This document shows, piece by piece, positions 1-7,661 of a DNA stretch of 20,300 nt (positions are counted from its first letter, which is position 1; every line of letters begins with the position of its first letter). Source of the stretch: Alteromonas naphthalenivorans (GTDB lineage Bacteria > Babelota > Babeliae > Babelales > CAIQNR01); NCBI GenBank assembly GCA_047631715.1, contig JBLICC010000015.1, positions 1 through 20,300 on the forward strand. Direction: 5' to 3'. The translations under genes were made by a program, and so were the position numbers. The notes under the pieces were generated by a model. The model had not been told where the DNA came from, searched no databases, and worked only from the letters and a program-made list of their open reading frames with translations.

Positions 1-2
1 AC

Positions 3-1112
3 TTACTCAACATGGCAAATACAGCCCCAACTGTTCCGAGTGGAACACATCAACCAAATCAGGCCTCTAATAATATATTATCAGGCTCTCCCGCAGGTAG
101 CCTTCTGTTATCTTTTAAAGATCAAGGTACCAATGGCATGTGGCTTGTAACTCAATTATTAAGCAACTTTAAAGATATAAAAGTACTCTCTCAACCCTTC
201 ATCGTTGCTCTTAACAATCAAGATAGCTCTTTTCAACAAAGTGACTCTCGTTTTTTACCAGGAGAAACAACATCATCTCTTGGGGGAGCAGTTCAACAAA
301 ATAACGCTCAACAAGCAATTCTTGGAATTAATGTTAAACCATTAATTAGTAATGGCGGAAAGGTTAATTTAGGCATAGTTATAAATGTTCAAGAATATGG
401 GACAAGTACGGAAGTTTTAACCCGAAAGCTTCAAACAAATGCAAACATCAATGATGGTGAAGTTCTGGTTCTTGGTGGATTAACCAAAACAAAAGTAGTA
501 AATGGAACAACTGGAACGCCTGGGTTACAGCACATTCCTCTTTTTGGATGGATGTTTAAAAAGAAAACAAAAGTTACGATAAAAGAACATCTTTTAATCT
601 TCTTATGTCCGCGGATTATTCACACAACTCCCGGCAAATATTTTGATCCTTATACTAAAAATAAAATGCTTAACATGAATAAAATTTTAGCTGAGGGAGA
701 AAACTTTGATACCCTTAAAGACCCTATAACTCATTGGTTCTTTGGGTCTCCAGCAAGTGATGTTGCAACCAAAAGAATACATGCGTTCAAAGAAAGAGGT
801 ATGTACTCTTCAAATCAAGATTATTCTATAGACAAACAACGAGCAGGTGTAAAAACTATTACTGTTAACCCAGACCACAAGGTTGACCACAAAACTGTTA
901 TGAAAACTACTGGACATATCGCTCCCCCATCCACAATTAAAAAAGAAAACCCAGTAAAAGCTACCGCGAATAATAGTAAAATAAAAAAACCGACAAAAAC
1001 AAAACATATCGCTCAGGTTTCTAAGCAACAAGTACAACCCAAAGTTGCACTATCAGAAGAAGAAGAATTAAAGAGATTGTTCGCGACCTTAGATACTCCA
1101 ATAGTGGCTTAA
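3..1112 (+). CDS. Secretin (GspD/PilQ family), C-terminal part; 5'-truncated by window edge
   Basis: Secretin motifs KVLSQPFIVALNN, LGINVKPLI, TNANINDGEVLVLGGL, GTPGLQHIPLFGWMFK, EHLLIFLCPRII. The frame is open upstream of the ATG at 12 (TTA CTC AAC), so the true start lies outside the window. The N-domains needed to tell T2SS from T4P are not visible. Confidence 0.88.
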   Translation, partial: LLNMANTAPTVPSGTHQPNQASNNILSGSPAGSLLLSFKDQGTNGMWLVTQLLSNFKDIKVLSQPFIVALNNQDSSFQQSDSRFLPGETTSSLGGAVQQNNAQQAILGINVKPLISNGGKVNLGIVINVQEYGTSTEVLTRKLQTNANINDGEVLVLGGLTKTKVVNGTTGTPGLQHIPLFGWMFKKKTKVTIKEHLLIFLCPRIIHTTPGKYFDPYTKNKMLNMNKILAEGENFDTLKDPITHWFFGSPASDVATKRIHAFKERGMYSSNQDYSIDKQRAGVKTITVNPDHKVDHKTVMKTTGHIAPPSTIKKENPVKATANNSKIKKPTKTKHIAQVSKQQVQPKVALSEEEELKRLFATLDTPIVA

Positions 1113-2362
1113 GCTTTGTCTAATAAAGCCATTGTCAGCATATCTTCGATATACAAAAGTCTATTATATTTTGCTATACGCTCTCCACGACAAAGTCCAC
1201 CAATTTTAATTTGCCCCGAAGAAGTTCCTACCGCAAAGTCTGCGATAAAGTCATCGTTAGTTTCCCCTGATCGATGAGAAACAATTACATTTGCTCCCGC
1301 TGCATGACACAACGAAGCAGCCTCTAACGCTTCAGAAACCGTTCCTACTTGATTAGGTTTTATAATAACTCCGTTTACAAGTTCTTGGTCAAAACCCTTT
1401 TGTATTCGTTTTGCTTGTGTCACAAATATATCATCACCTACAATCTGCAAGCTTGATCCAAAAGCTTTATACATAGCCTTCCAGCCCTCAACATCTTCCT
1501 CTGCCATACCATCTTCGATTGAATAGAGAGGATAAGAATCAGCAAGTTTTTTATAAAAATCTAACAGTTCTTTAGAGGATATTTGCGCACCATACCAACT
1601 GTATGTTTTCTTTTTGCTATCATAAAATTGATTTGCTGCAACATCAATTGCCAGAACAAAAAAATCTTTTAATTTTGTATTTTCAAGAGCTTGTACTAAG
1701 TAATCAAAGGGCTCATAAACATTTTCAAAGAAAGGCGCAAAGCCGCCTTCATCGCCAACTCCAGTTGATTTATTGTTTTTAACTAAAATCCTTTTTAATT
1801 CACGAAAAACCGTAAGCGCATACTCTAAAGAAATTCTAAAGTTTTGCGCTCCAACAGGAACCAGCATGATTTCTTGAATAGGAAAACCATTAGTTGCATG
1901 CGCGCCACCATTAATAACGTTAACTAAAGGGAATGGTAAAGAAACAGATTCAGAACCGTATAGCTCTGCTATAAGTTCAAAAACTTCTCGCTGATGCATT
2001 ACGGCTTGCGCTTTGCAGACAGCAATACTTGCAGCTAGCATCACATTTGCCCCAAGTTTACTTTTGTCTTGCGTGCCGTCTAAATTAATAAGAAGAGCAT
2101 CTGCAACCATTATATCTGGTTCTTTTCCAACCAATACTGGTGCAACAACATGATCTAAATTATGAATAGCTTTAAGCAGACCTTTACCAAAAAGACGATC
2201 TCCTCCATCTCTTAATTCTTTTGCTTCATGCTGTCCACAAGAAGCCCCCGACGGTACAGATGCCGTAACAATCGACCCATCGTCTAACGCAATTTCACAC
2301 ATAAGCGCGGGAATTCCTCGAGAATCAAATATCTCTCTTCCGGATACTCTGGCAATCTTCAC
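1109..2362 (-). CDS. eno: Enolase (phosphopyruvate hydratase)
   Basis: DSRG, PSGAS, NGGAH, QE, VGDEGGF, IEDG, VGDD, IKPNQ, SHRSGET and ERIAKYN motifs; GTG start; stop overlaps the secretin stop in TTAA 1109-1112. Confidence 0.97.
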   Translation of the reverse strand: MKIARVSGREIFDSRGIPALMCEIALDDGSIVTASVPSGASCGQHEAKELRDGGDRLFGKGLLKAIHNLDHVVAPVLVGKEPDIMVADALLINLDGTQDKSKLGANVMLAASIAVCKAQAVMHQREVFELIAELYGSESVSLPFPLVNVINGGAHATNGFPIQEIMLVPVGAQNFRISLEYALTVFRELKRILVKNNKSTGVGDEGGFAPFFENVYEPFDYLVQALENTKLKDFFVLAIDVAANQFYDSKKKTYSWYGAQISSKELLDFYKKLADSYPLYSIEDGMAEEDVEGWKAMYKAFGSSLQIVGDDIFVTQAKRIQKGFDQELVNGVIIKPNQVGTVSEALEAASLCHAAGANVIVSHRSGETNDDFIADFAVGTSSGQIKIGGLCRGERIAKYNRLLYIEDMLTMALLDKA

Positions 2363-2383
2363 TACTCTGTTCCTTTTTAATTG

Positions 2384-4159
2384 TTAGTCCTTCTTCTTGC
2401 TTGGCAATTTCGAAAGACCATACTCCCGTAATACTTTTTGATCAACTGCAGAAGGCGCCGTCATAAGCGGATCATACCCTCGTTGCGTTTTTGGAAACGC
2501 AATTACTTCTCGAATAGAAGAGGAATTAGTAAGAATCATAATCAAACGATCAATTCCCAATGCAATACCTCCCAAAGGTGGAAACCCATATTCCAAAGCC
2601 TCTAAAAGGAATCCGAACTTATCGTTAATTTCTTCTTCTTCTAAGCCAAGAAGTTTAAATACTTTTTCTTGCATATCTTTATCATGAATACGAATAGATC
2701 CTCCACCGAGCTCCATTCCATTACATACAAGATCATATGCTTTTGCTGTCATCTGCTCAGGCTTAAGCTTTTCCCATCCCTCTTGTGGTTGGGTAAATGG
2801 GTGATGAATCGCATTAAAGCGCTTAGCTTCCTCGTCCCAGTCAAAAAGAGGAAAATCAACAATCCAACATAAATTAATTAAGTTTGGCTTGATGAGTTCT
2901 AGCTCTTTTGCAAGCGCTAAGCGTAATCGACCCAACACTTCCCATGCATCCTTGTATGGACCGGCAACAAAAAAGAGCGTGTCTTCTTTTTTTAAATCTT
3001 TAAATACTTTTTGAGCTTGTTCAAAAAAATCACTCGGCAAGAACTTAGCAACCGGAGATTCTATCGTTCCATCCTGTGCAAAACGAACATAGAGAAGCCC
3101 TTTTGATCCTAGATCTTGAGCCTTACTTACCCATCCATCTAACTCAGAACGCGTAAATTTTTTATCTGTTACATGCAGCGCTCCAATACGTTGTCCTTTA
3201 TCCAGAACAGTCCTTAAAAACTTAAGTTCTGTTTTTTCAAACAAAGATGCAGCGTCATAAATAGGAAGCCCAAAACGCAAATCCGGTTTATCTGATCCAT
3301 ATACTGCAAAAGCATATTCGTGCGTAATAGTCGGAAGAGGTAACTTTATCTCAAGATCAAAAAGTTTTTTAAAAATATAGGCAAACATTTGCTCAATAGT
3401 GTTTTGCACATCTAAAGGCTTTACAAATGACATCTCTACATCAAGCTGAGTAAATTCAGGCTGCCTATCTGCGCGCAAATCTTCGTCTCTAAAACAACGG
3501 GCTATTTGAAAGTAACGCTCAATTCCGCCAGCCATAAGAAGTTGCTTATAAAGTTGCGGTGATTGAGGCAATGAGTAGACAGATCCGTGATGTAGTCGAC
3601 TTGGAACTAAAAATTCTCGTGCTCCTTCGGGAGTATTCTTAGTTAACAAAGGAGTTTCTATTTCAAAGAAACCTTTACCCAAAAAGAATTCGCGCATTGC
3701 AAAAAGAACAGTACTTCTTAGCGCTAATCGTTGTTGCATTTCGGGACGACGCAAATCTAAGTAACGATAACGCAACCTAAGCTCTTCATCAATTTTCTCT
3801 GGTCCATCAATAGGAAATGGTAATGTTTTTGACTTACTTAAAATAATAATTTTATCTACTTTAAGTTCTAATTTTCCTGTTGGCATTTTTTCGTTAATGG
3901 TTTCTTTCGAACGCTCAATAACTTTTCCTGCTACAGAAACAACATATTCACTTCGTAAGTCATGCCCTATCTTATGAGCCTCTTTAGATAGATCAGGATT
4001 AAAAACAACCTGCATAATCCCTGTTCTGTCTCGAAGATCAATGAATATTAATCCGCCATGATCGCGACGACGAGCAACCCAACCATTTAAAACAACTTCT
4101 TTATCTAGAAGTTTATCTGTTACCAAGCCACACTCTACTGTTCGCTGCCATGAACTCAT
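2384..4159 (-). CDS. aspS: Aspartate--tRNA ligase (bacterial type with GAD insertion; possibly non-discriminating)
   Basis: RRDHGGLIFIDLRD, LPQSPQLYKQLLM, FRDEDLRADRQPEFTQLD, HHPFT, GGGSIRIH, GIALGIDR. Start placed at the second Met (4159) because AAGGA lies 5 nt upstream; the alternative ATG is at 4165. Confidence 0.97.
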   Translation of the reverse strand: MSSWQRTVECGLVTDKLLDKEVVLNGWVARRRDHGGLIFIDLRDRTGIMQVVFNPDLSKEAHKIGHDLRSEYVVSVAGKVIERSKETINEKMPTGKLELKVDKIIILSKSKTLPFPIDGPEKIDEELRLRYRYLDLRRPEMQQRLALRSTVLFAMREFFLGKGFFEIETPLLTKNTPEGAREFLVPSRLHHGSVYSLPQSPQLYKQLLMAGGIERYFQIARCFRDEDLRADRQPEFTQLDVEMSFVKPLDVQNTIEQMFAYIFKKLFDLEIKLPLPTITHEYAFAVYGSDKPDLRFGLPIYDAASLFEKTELKFLRTVLDKGQRIGALHVTDKKFTRSELDGWVSKAQDLGSKGLLYVRFAQDGTIESPVAKFLPSDFFEQAQKVFKDLKKEDTLFFVAGPYKDAWEVLGRLRLALAKELELIKPNLINLCWIVDFPLFDWDEEAKRFNAIHHPFTQPQEGWEKLKPEQMTAKAYDLVCNGMELGGGSIRIHDKDMQEKVFKLLGLEEEEINDKFGFLLEALEYGFPPLGGIALGIDRLIMILTNSSSIREVIAFPKTQRGYDPLMTAPSAVDQKVLREYGLSKLPSKKKD

Positions 4160-4202
4160 ATTCATCCTTCGTATATTTCTGTTTCAATGCCAAAGAGCAT
4201 TC

Positions 4203-4211
4203 AGTTTACCA
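4203..4211 (-). promoter_or_regulatory. Candidate extended -10 promoter for aspS (TGGTAAACT)
   Basis: TGn-TAnnnT match between the upstream terminator and the aspS RBS; no clear -35. Confidence 0.45.
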
Positions 4212-4223
4212 TATTCTTCTAAC

Positions 4224-4254
4224 AAAAAAAGGGAAGCCTCTTTTGGGCCTCCCT
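4224..4254 (-). terminator. Rho-independent terminator of the beta-barrel gene
   Basis: Minus strand AGGGAGGCC-CAAAAGA-GGCTTCCCT followed by a T-run. The stem closes fully only on the minus strand (G-U pair) and lies 27 nt after the stop at 4282. Confidence 0.85.
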
Positions 4255-4281
4255 AATCTGTTCTTTATTTTTTAAAAAAAC

Positions 4282-6183
4282 TTAAAAACTATAAGTTAAT
4301 CCTACTACAAAGCTATATCCTGGATCGGTACCAAGAACTGGAAGAACGCTTGAAATAGCTGTTTTATTTGCTGCATCAAGAGCTTTTCTTTGCGCTGCAT
4401 TAAACGGCTTCCCTTTAATATCTTTATAATGTTGTCCTGGAAAAAACACCGCTCCAGAGAATGTAGCTTCAATGTCTTCAGATAGCCCAATAGTTGAAAG
4501 CAAGTTAAACTCTGTACCCAAAAATTTGTCTGCTAATTCTGTAGAGCTTAACCCTGCTGTAATATCAAACTTAGTGGTTGCCGCATGCTGCCAATATCCA
4601 AGAACATTGGGATGAAAAGAAAGTTTTCTTTTTCTACCCTTTGGTTCATACTTTCCACTAAAACCACCGTATATAATATTACTAAAGCCGCTTGTAGTCG
4701 CCGCAAACTGGTTTCCTGAATTCGGAGCAGACAAAGGTCTCGTTAATTTTCCACCCATAACATAAGCAGACTTTACCTTAGTCCCTCGATAAAGCTCTTG
4801 AAGGCCCAAGAACCCCGCATAGTCACCATCTATATTTGGCTCATTAGGGTCAGCCAAGTTTGTGTTCGGGTTTCTGTCTCCGCTTGCAATTCCACCAGCT
4901 GCCGAAATTTTAAAATCTTTTTTATACATCCAAAAAGAAATATCTGCTACAGCCATAAACCCATTATACTTATTTTCATAAGGAGCACGGAATCGAGATG
5001 AACTGTTCCAAATACCAGCGGTTCCAACTTGGGTACCATTAGAACTTTCACTGCGAGCAACATCATTAATCGCTGTCTTGTTTGCCCCAGACGGATCATA
5101 GATAACTTTGTCTGCTGCTGTTACGCCAGCCAGAAGATTAGGGTCAACGCTATAAACATCTGAATAAACAAAAGTCATAACGCCTGCTCTATTGATTTTT
5201 TCAATTTTATTTCTATCCCACCCTTTAACTTTTTGTTTTCCAAAGTTAAAAGCGCCCTCAAGGCCAACTTCCATTCTGTCCCATTCAAGATCTACCGCCA
5301 TACCTAGCGTAGTCAGCTTACTGCTTGAATCTGCTGAAAATTCTACCGCTTGTTCTGGTGCGTCGTTGTAAACAACATAAGGCTCAACAATCAACTTCTT
5401 ATCTTCACCCTTTAAAGGAGTTACCTTTGTGCGAGCAGCAAATAACCAATTAATCATACCAAACCCTCGTGCTGGGTTTTCTTTTCCGCCAAAAGCTTGC
5501 GCTTGTGTTTGAGCTGCGACCTCAGAAGTACTTGTGCTTTTGTTTTCTAGCACCGCTCCATAAATATCATACGTCAAGAAGTCTTCTTTAATATCTCCGG
5601 CGATTTTTGCGCCAAACGCATATTGATCAACAGAAGAATCACTGTAAAATCCAAGCGTTGTTGGACTGATAGAATAAGCACTACCAAGAGAAATCCCTCT
5701 TCCTATAGAAAAAGGAAGGGACCCAATAGTAAACGTTTGCTTAGGAAGGTTTAAAGAAAACATATTGGTTAAATTTAATTCTAGCCACGCTTCTTTTAGC
5801 CAAATAACACGCTCTGCGACCACATGGGAATGACTTAATGACACAGCGTCAACATCTTTTATCGTTACTTTTGATGTTCCAATTTGCCTATTGTTTCCCC
5901 AAAGAGCTGTACTCTTTACGTCGGCATATACGGTCGTTAGTGGAGTTTTAAATTTCCCCTGTAGATTAACCGTTGTTTTTGTTCCAATTACTTTATCTAT
6001 CTCATAAGCCTCTTTATTAAGCAAAGACCCCATAGTAAAGTTAGTTGATGTATTAAACTTTCCTGAAATGGATCCTTCAATGTCTCCATCTTTAAAAGAA
6101 AAATAAGAATCTTTTGCCTCCACACCACTAATACTTAGAAGTAAAAACACAAAAAAAGGTCGAGTTGCTCGAGAGAAATTCAT
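4282..6183 (-). CDS. Outer-membrane beta-barrel protein, alginate-export (AlgE)-like
   Basis: Signal peptide MNFSRATRPFFVFLLLSISGVEA; alternating amphipathic strands; C-terminal BAM-type signature FVVGLTYSF. GIASGDRNP..DG...F..L, LGTEFNL and VFFPG resemble alginate-export-family barrels (family assignment less certain than the barrel call). Confidence 0.75.
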   Translation of the reverse strand: MNFSRATRPFFVFLLLSISGVEAKDSYFSFKDGDIEGSISGKFNTSTNFTMGSLLNKEAYEIDKVIGTKTTVNLQGKFKTPLTTVYADVKSTALWGNNRQIGTSKVTIKDVDAVSLSHSHVVAERVIWLKEAWLELNLTNMFSLNLPKQTFTIGSLPFSIGRGISLGSAYSISPTTLGFYSDSSVDQYAFGAKIAGDIKEDFLTYDIYGAVLENKSTSTSEVAAQTQAQAFGGKENPARGFGMINWLFAARTKVTPLKGEDKKLIVEPYVVYNDAPEQAVEFSADSSSKLTTLGMAVDLEWDRMEVGLEGAFNFGKQKVKGWDRNKIEKINRAGVMTFVYSDVYSVDPNLLAGVTAADKVIYDPSGANKTAINDVARSESSNGTQVGTAGIWNSSSRFRAPYENKYNGFMAVADISFWMYKKDFKISAAGGIASGDRNPNTNLADPNEPNIDGDYAGFLGLQELYRGTKVKSAYVMGGKLTRPLSAPNSGNQFAATTSGFSNIIYGGFSGKYEPKGRKRKLSFHPNVLGYWQHAATTKFDITAGLSSTELADKFLGTEFNLLSTIGLSEDIEATFSGAVFFPGQHYKDIKGKPFNAAQRKALDAANKTAISSVLPVLGTDPGYSFVVGLTYSF

Positions 6184-6348
6184 AAGAAGCCCTTAGAAAA
6201 TTATTAACAATTAATAGCTTTCTGAACAGAAAGCCTTTCATTACAATATCCGCATCTATTAGTATGTTTGAAAGCATAAAAGATGTGACAATTGTACCCT
6301 TGTGGGCTCATTTGTCAAGAATGCTCTGGTTATTAAAGAGGGCAATTA

Positions 6349-6357
6349 TGCTAAGAT
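6349..6357 (+). promoter_or_regulatory. Candidate extended -10 promoter for nfo (TGCTAAGAT)
   Basis: TGn-TAnnnT match 28 nt upstream of the ATG at 6386. Confidence 0.45.
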
Positions 6358-6385
6358 AGAGGCTATTAATATCAAAGGATTTTTC

Positions 6386-7270
6386 ATGAACAAAAAACAA
6401 AAGCTATTACTAGGAGCGCACATGTCGATAGAAGGCGGCCTAGAGAAATCAATAGAAAGAGGCGCAAGCATTGGGTGCACAACAATACAAATATTTACCA
6501 AAAGCAACCGTCAATGGCGTGCAAAAAAAATTACCGAAAAAGAAGCTGCTTTATTTAAGGATATTCAAAAAAAACACAGCGTCTTTCCTGTTGTTGCCCA
6601 CTGCTCTTATCTCGTTAATTTGGGATCTCCTAACCTCGAAGTCCAAACCAAATCAACCAACGCGCTTGCTGAAGAACTTAATCGATGTAACCTTCTAGAT
6701 ATCCCATATCTCGTACTACATCCTGGCGCTCGGCTAACTTCGGATGCTAATGATTGCGTAAAAGCAATTGCCCAAAACATAGATAGGGCTATAGCTCTTA
6801 GCACAGGAAAGACAATGGTCCTTCTTGAAACCATGGCAGGACAAGGATCTGTTATAGGAGCAACACTCGAGGAGATTGCGCAAATTCGAAAGCTTGTAAA
6901 AGAAAAACAACGCGTCGGCGTTTGCCTTGACACTTGCCATGTCTTTGCCGCTGGCTATGATTTCACCTCTAAATCGACTTATAAAAATTTCTGGGAAAAC
7001 TTCGATTCTACTATTGGAATCAAACATTTAAAAGTTGTTCATATTAATGACTCAAAAAAAGAATTGGGGTCTAGAGTTGATCGACACGAAACCATAGGCA
7101 ACGGGAAAATAGATATAGAAGGATTTAAGCTTTTGTTTAATGATGAACGATTTTTTAATATTCCAAAAATACTAGAAACACCTAAAACATCTATTGAAGA
7201 AGATCGGGAAAATATGGATTATTTAGAAAAACTTTTTTCAGACAAGACAAGAGAAACTTACAACCTTTAG
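6386..7270 (+). CDS. nfo: Endonuclease IV (AP endonuclease family 2)
   Basis: LGAHMS, HCSYLVNL, VLHPG, ETMAGQG, CLDTCHVFAAGYD, HINDSK, DRHE and ILETP zinc-ligand motifs. Start moved from 6302 to ATG 6386 (AAGGA RBS upstream). Confidence 0.96.
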   Translation: MNKKQKLLLGAHMSIEGGLEKSIERGASIGCTTIQIFTKSNRQWRAKKITEKEAALFKDIQKKHSVFPVVAHCSYLVNLGSPNLEVQTKSTNALAEELNRCNLLDIPYLVLHPGARLTSDANDCVKAIAQNIDRAIALSTGKTMVLLETMAGQGSVIGATLEEIAQIRKLVKEKQRVGVCLDTCHVFAAGYDFTSKSTYKNFWENFDSTIGIKHLKVVHINDSKKELGSRVDRHETIGNGKIDIEGFKLLFNDERFFNIPKILETPKTSIEEDRENMDYLEKLFSDKTRETYNL

Positions 7271-7274
7271 CATT

Positions 7275-7400
7275 AAAAAAATGGAGAGAAGAGAGACTAA
7301 GCTAAGAAACAGTCGCTTTATACACCAGGAAAATCTCTTCCCCACCATTTAATACGCAGCGTTTTTCATCAACCGCTGAGACGCAAGGTCAAAGCGCAAC
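7275..7400 (-). ncRNA. Candidate structured small RNA / 3' UTR element of unknown family
   Basis: Minus-strand helices closed by G-U pairs: AUGG(U)GGGGAAGAGA/UCUCUUCUCUCCAU (7281-7348) ending in a U-run, GACUG/UAGUC, and UGCG..CAGCG/CGCUGCGUA (7353-7385). A possible -10 TAATAT lies at 7407-7412. Confidence 0.5.
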
Positions 7401-7415
7401 AAAAACATATTACTA

Positions 7416-7436
7416 TTCTTGCAAATGTTGCAAGAA
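7416..7436. promoter_or_regulatory. Perfect 9-3-9 palindrome, operator-like
   Basis: TTCTTGCAA-ATG-TTGCAAGAA, immediately upstream (minus strand) of the candidate RNA's -10. Confidence 0.55.
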
Positions 7437-7445
7437 ACACAAAAC

Positions 7446-7661
7446 TGTAAAAAGCAACAAAAAAGCAACAACTCGGGGTGGGTGGAAACCGTTTAAACTA
7501 GTGGTTCTTTACCTTTTGCAACACTAAGCTTGTAAAAAGCAACATTTTTTGGTGTTGCTTTTCGAGAAACAAAGGGCGAATAGACGCAAATCAATAAAAA
7601 AATGAAACCTGCAACAGAAATAGCTAAAGTTTGACCCAAAGACAATAACCCAAAAGCAACA
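7446..7661. repeat. Cluster of AAAAGCAACA motifs
   Basis: Copies at 7450, 7461, 7535, 7652 (+) and 7553-7562 (reverse). The 14-mer TGTAAAAAGCAACA occurs at 7446 and 7531. Confidence 0.7.

Noticed and set aside
1109..2362. Enolase as a degenerate or pseudo-enzyme (DSRGIP, GASCG, QIKIG variants)
   Set aside because: All catalytic and Mg-binding residues appear retained and the ORF is full length.
7281..7348. tRNA/tmRNA fragment (plus strand ends ...TCCCCACCA)
   Set aside because: No T-loop (TTCGA) or D-loop, no cloverleaf, and the pairing favours the minus strand.
7357..7378. Hammerhead ribozyme core (UUGAUGA...AAA)
   Set aside because: Lacks CUGANGA followed by stem II and GAAA.
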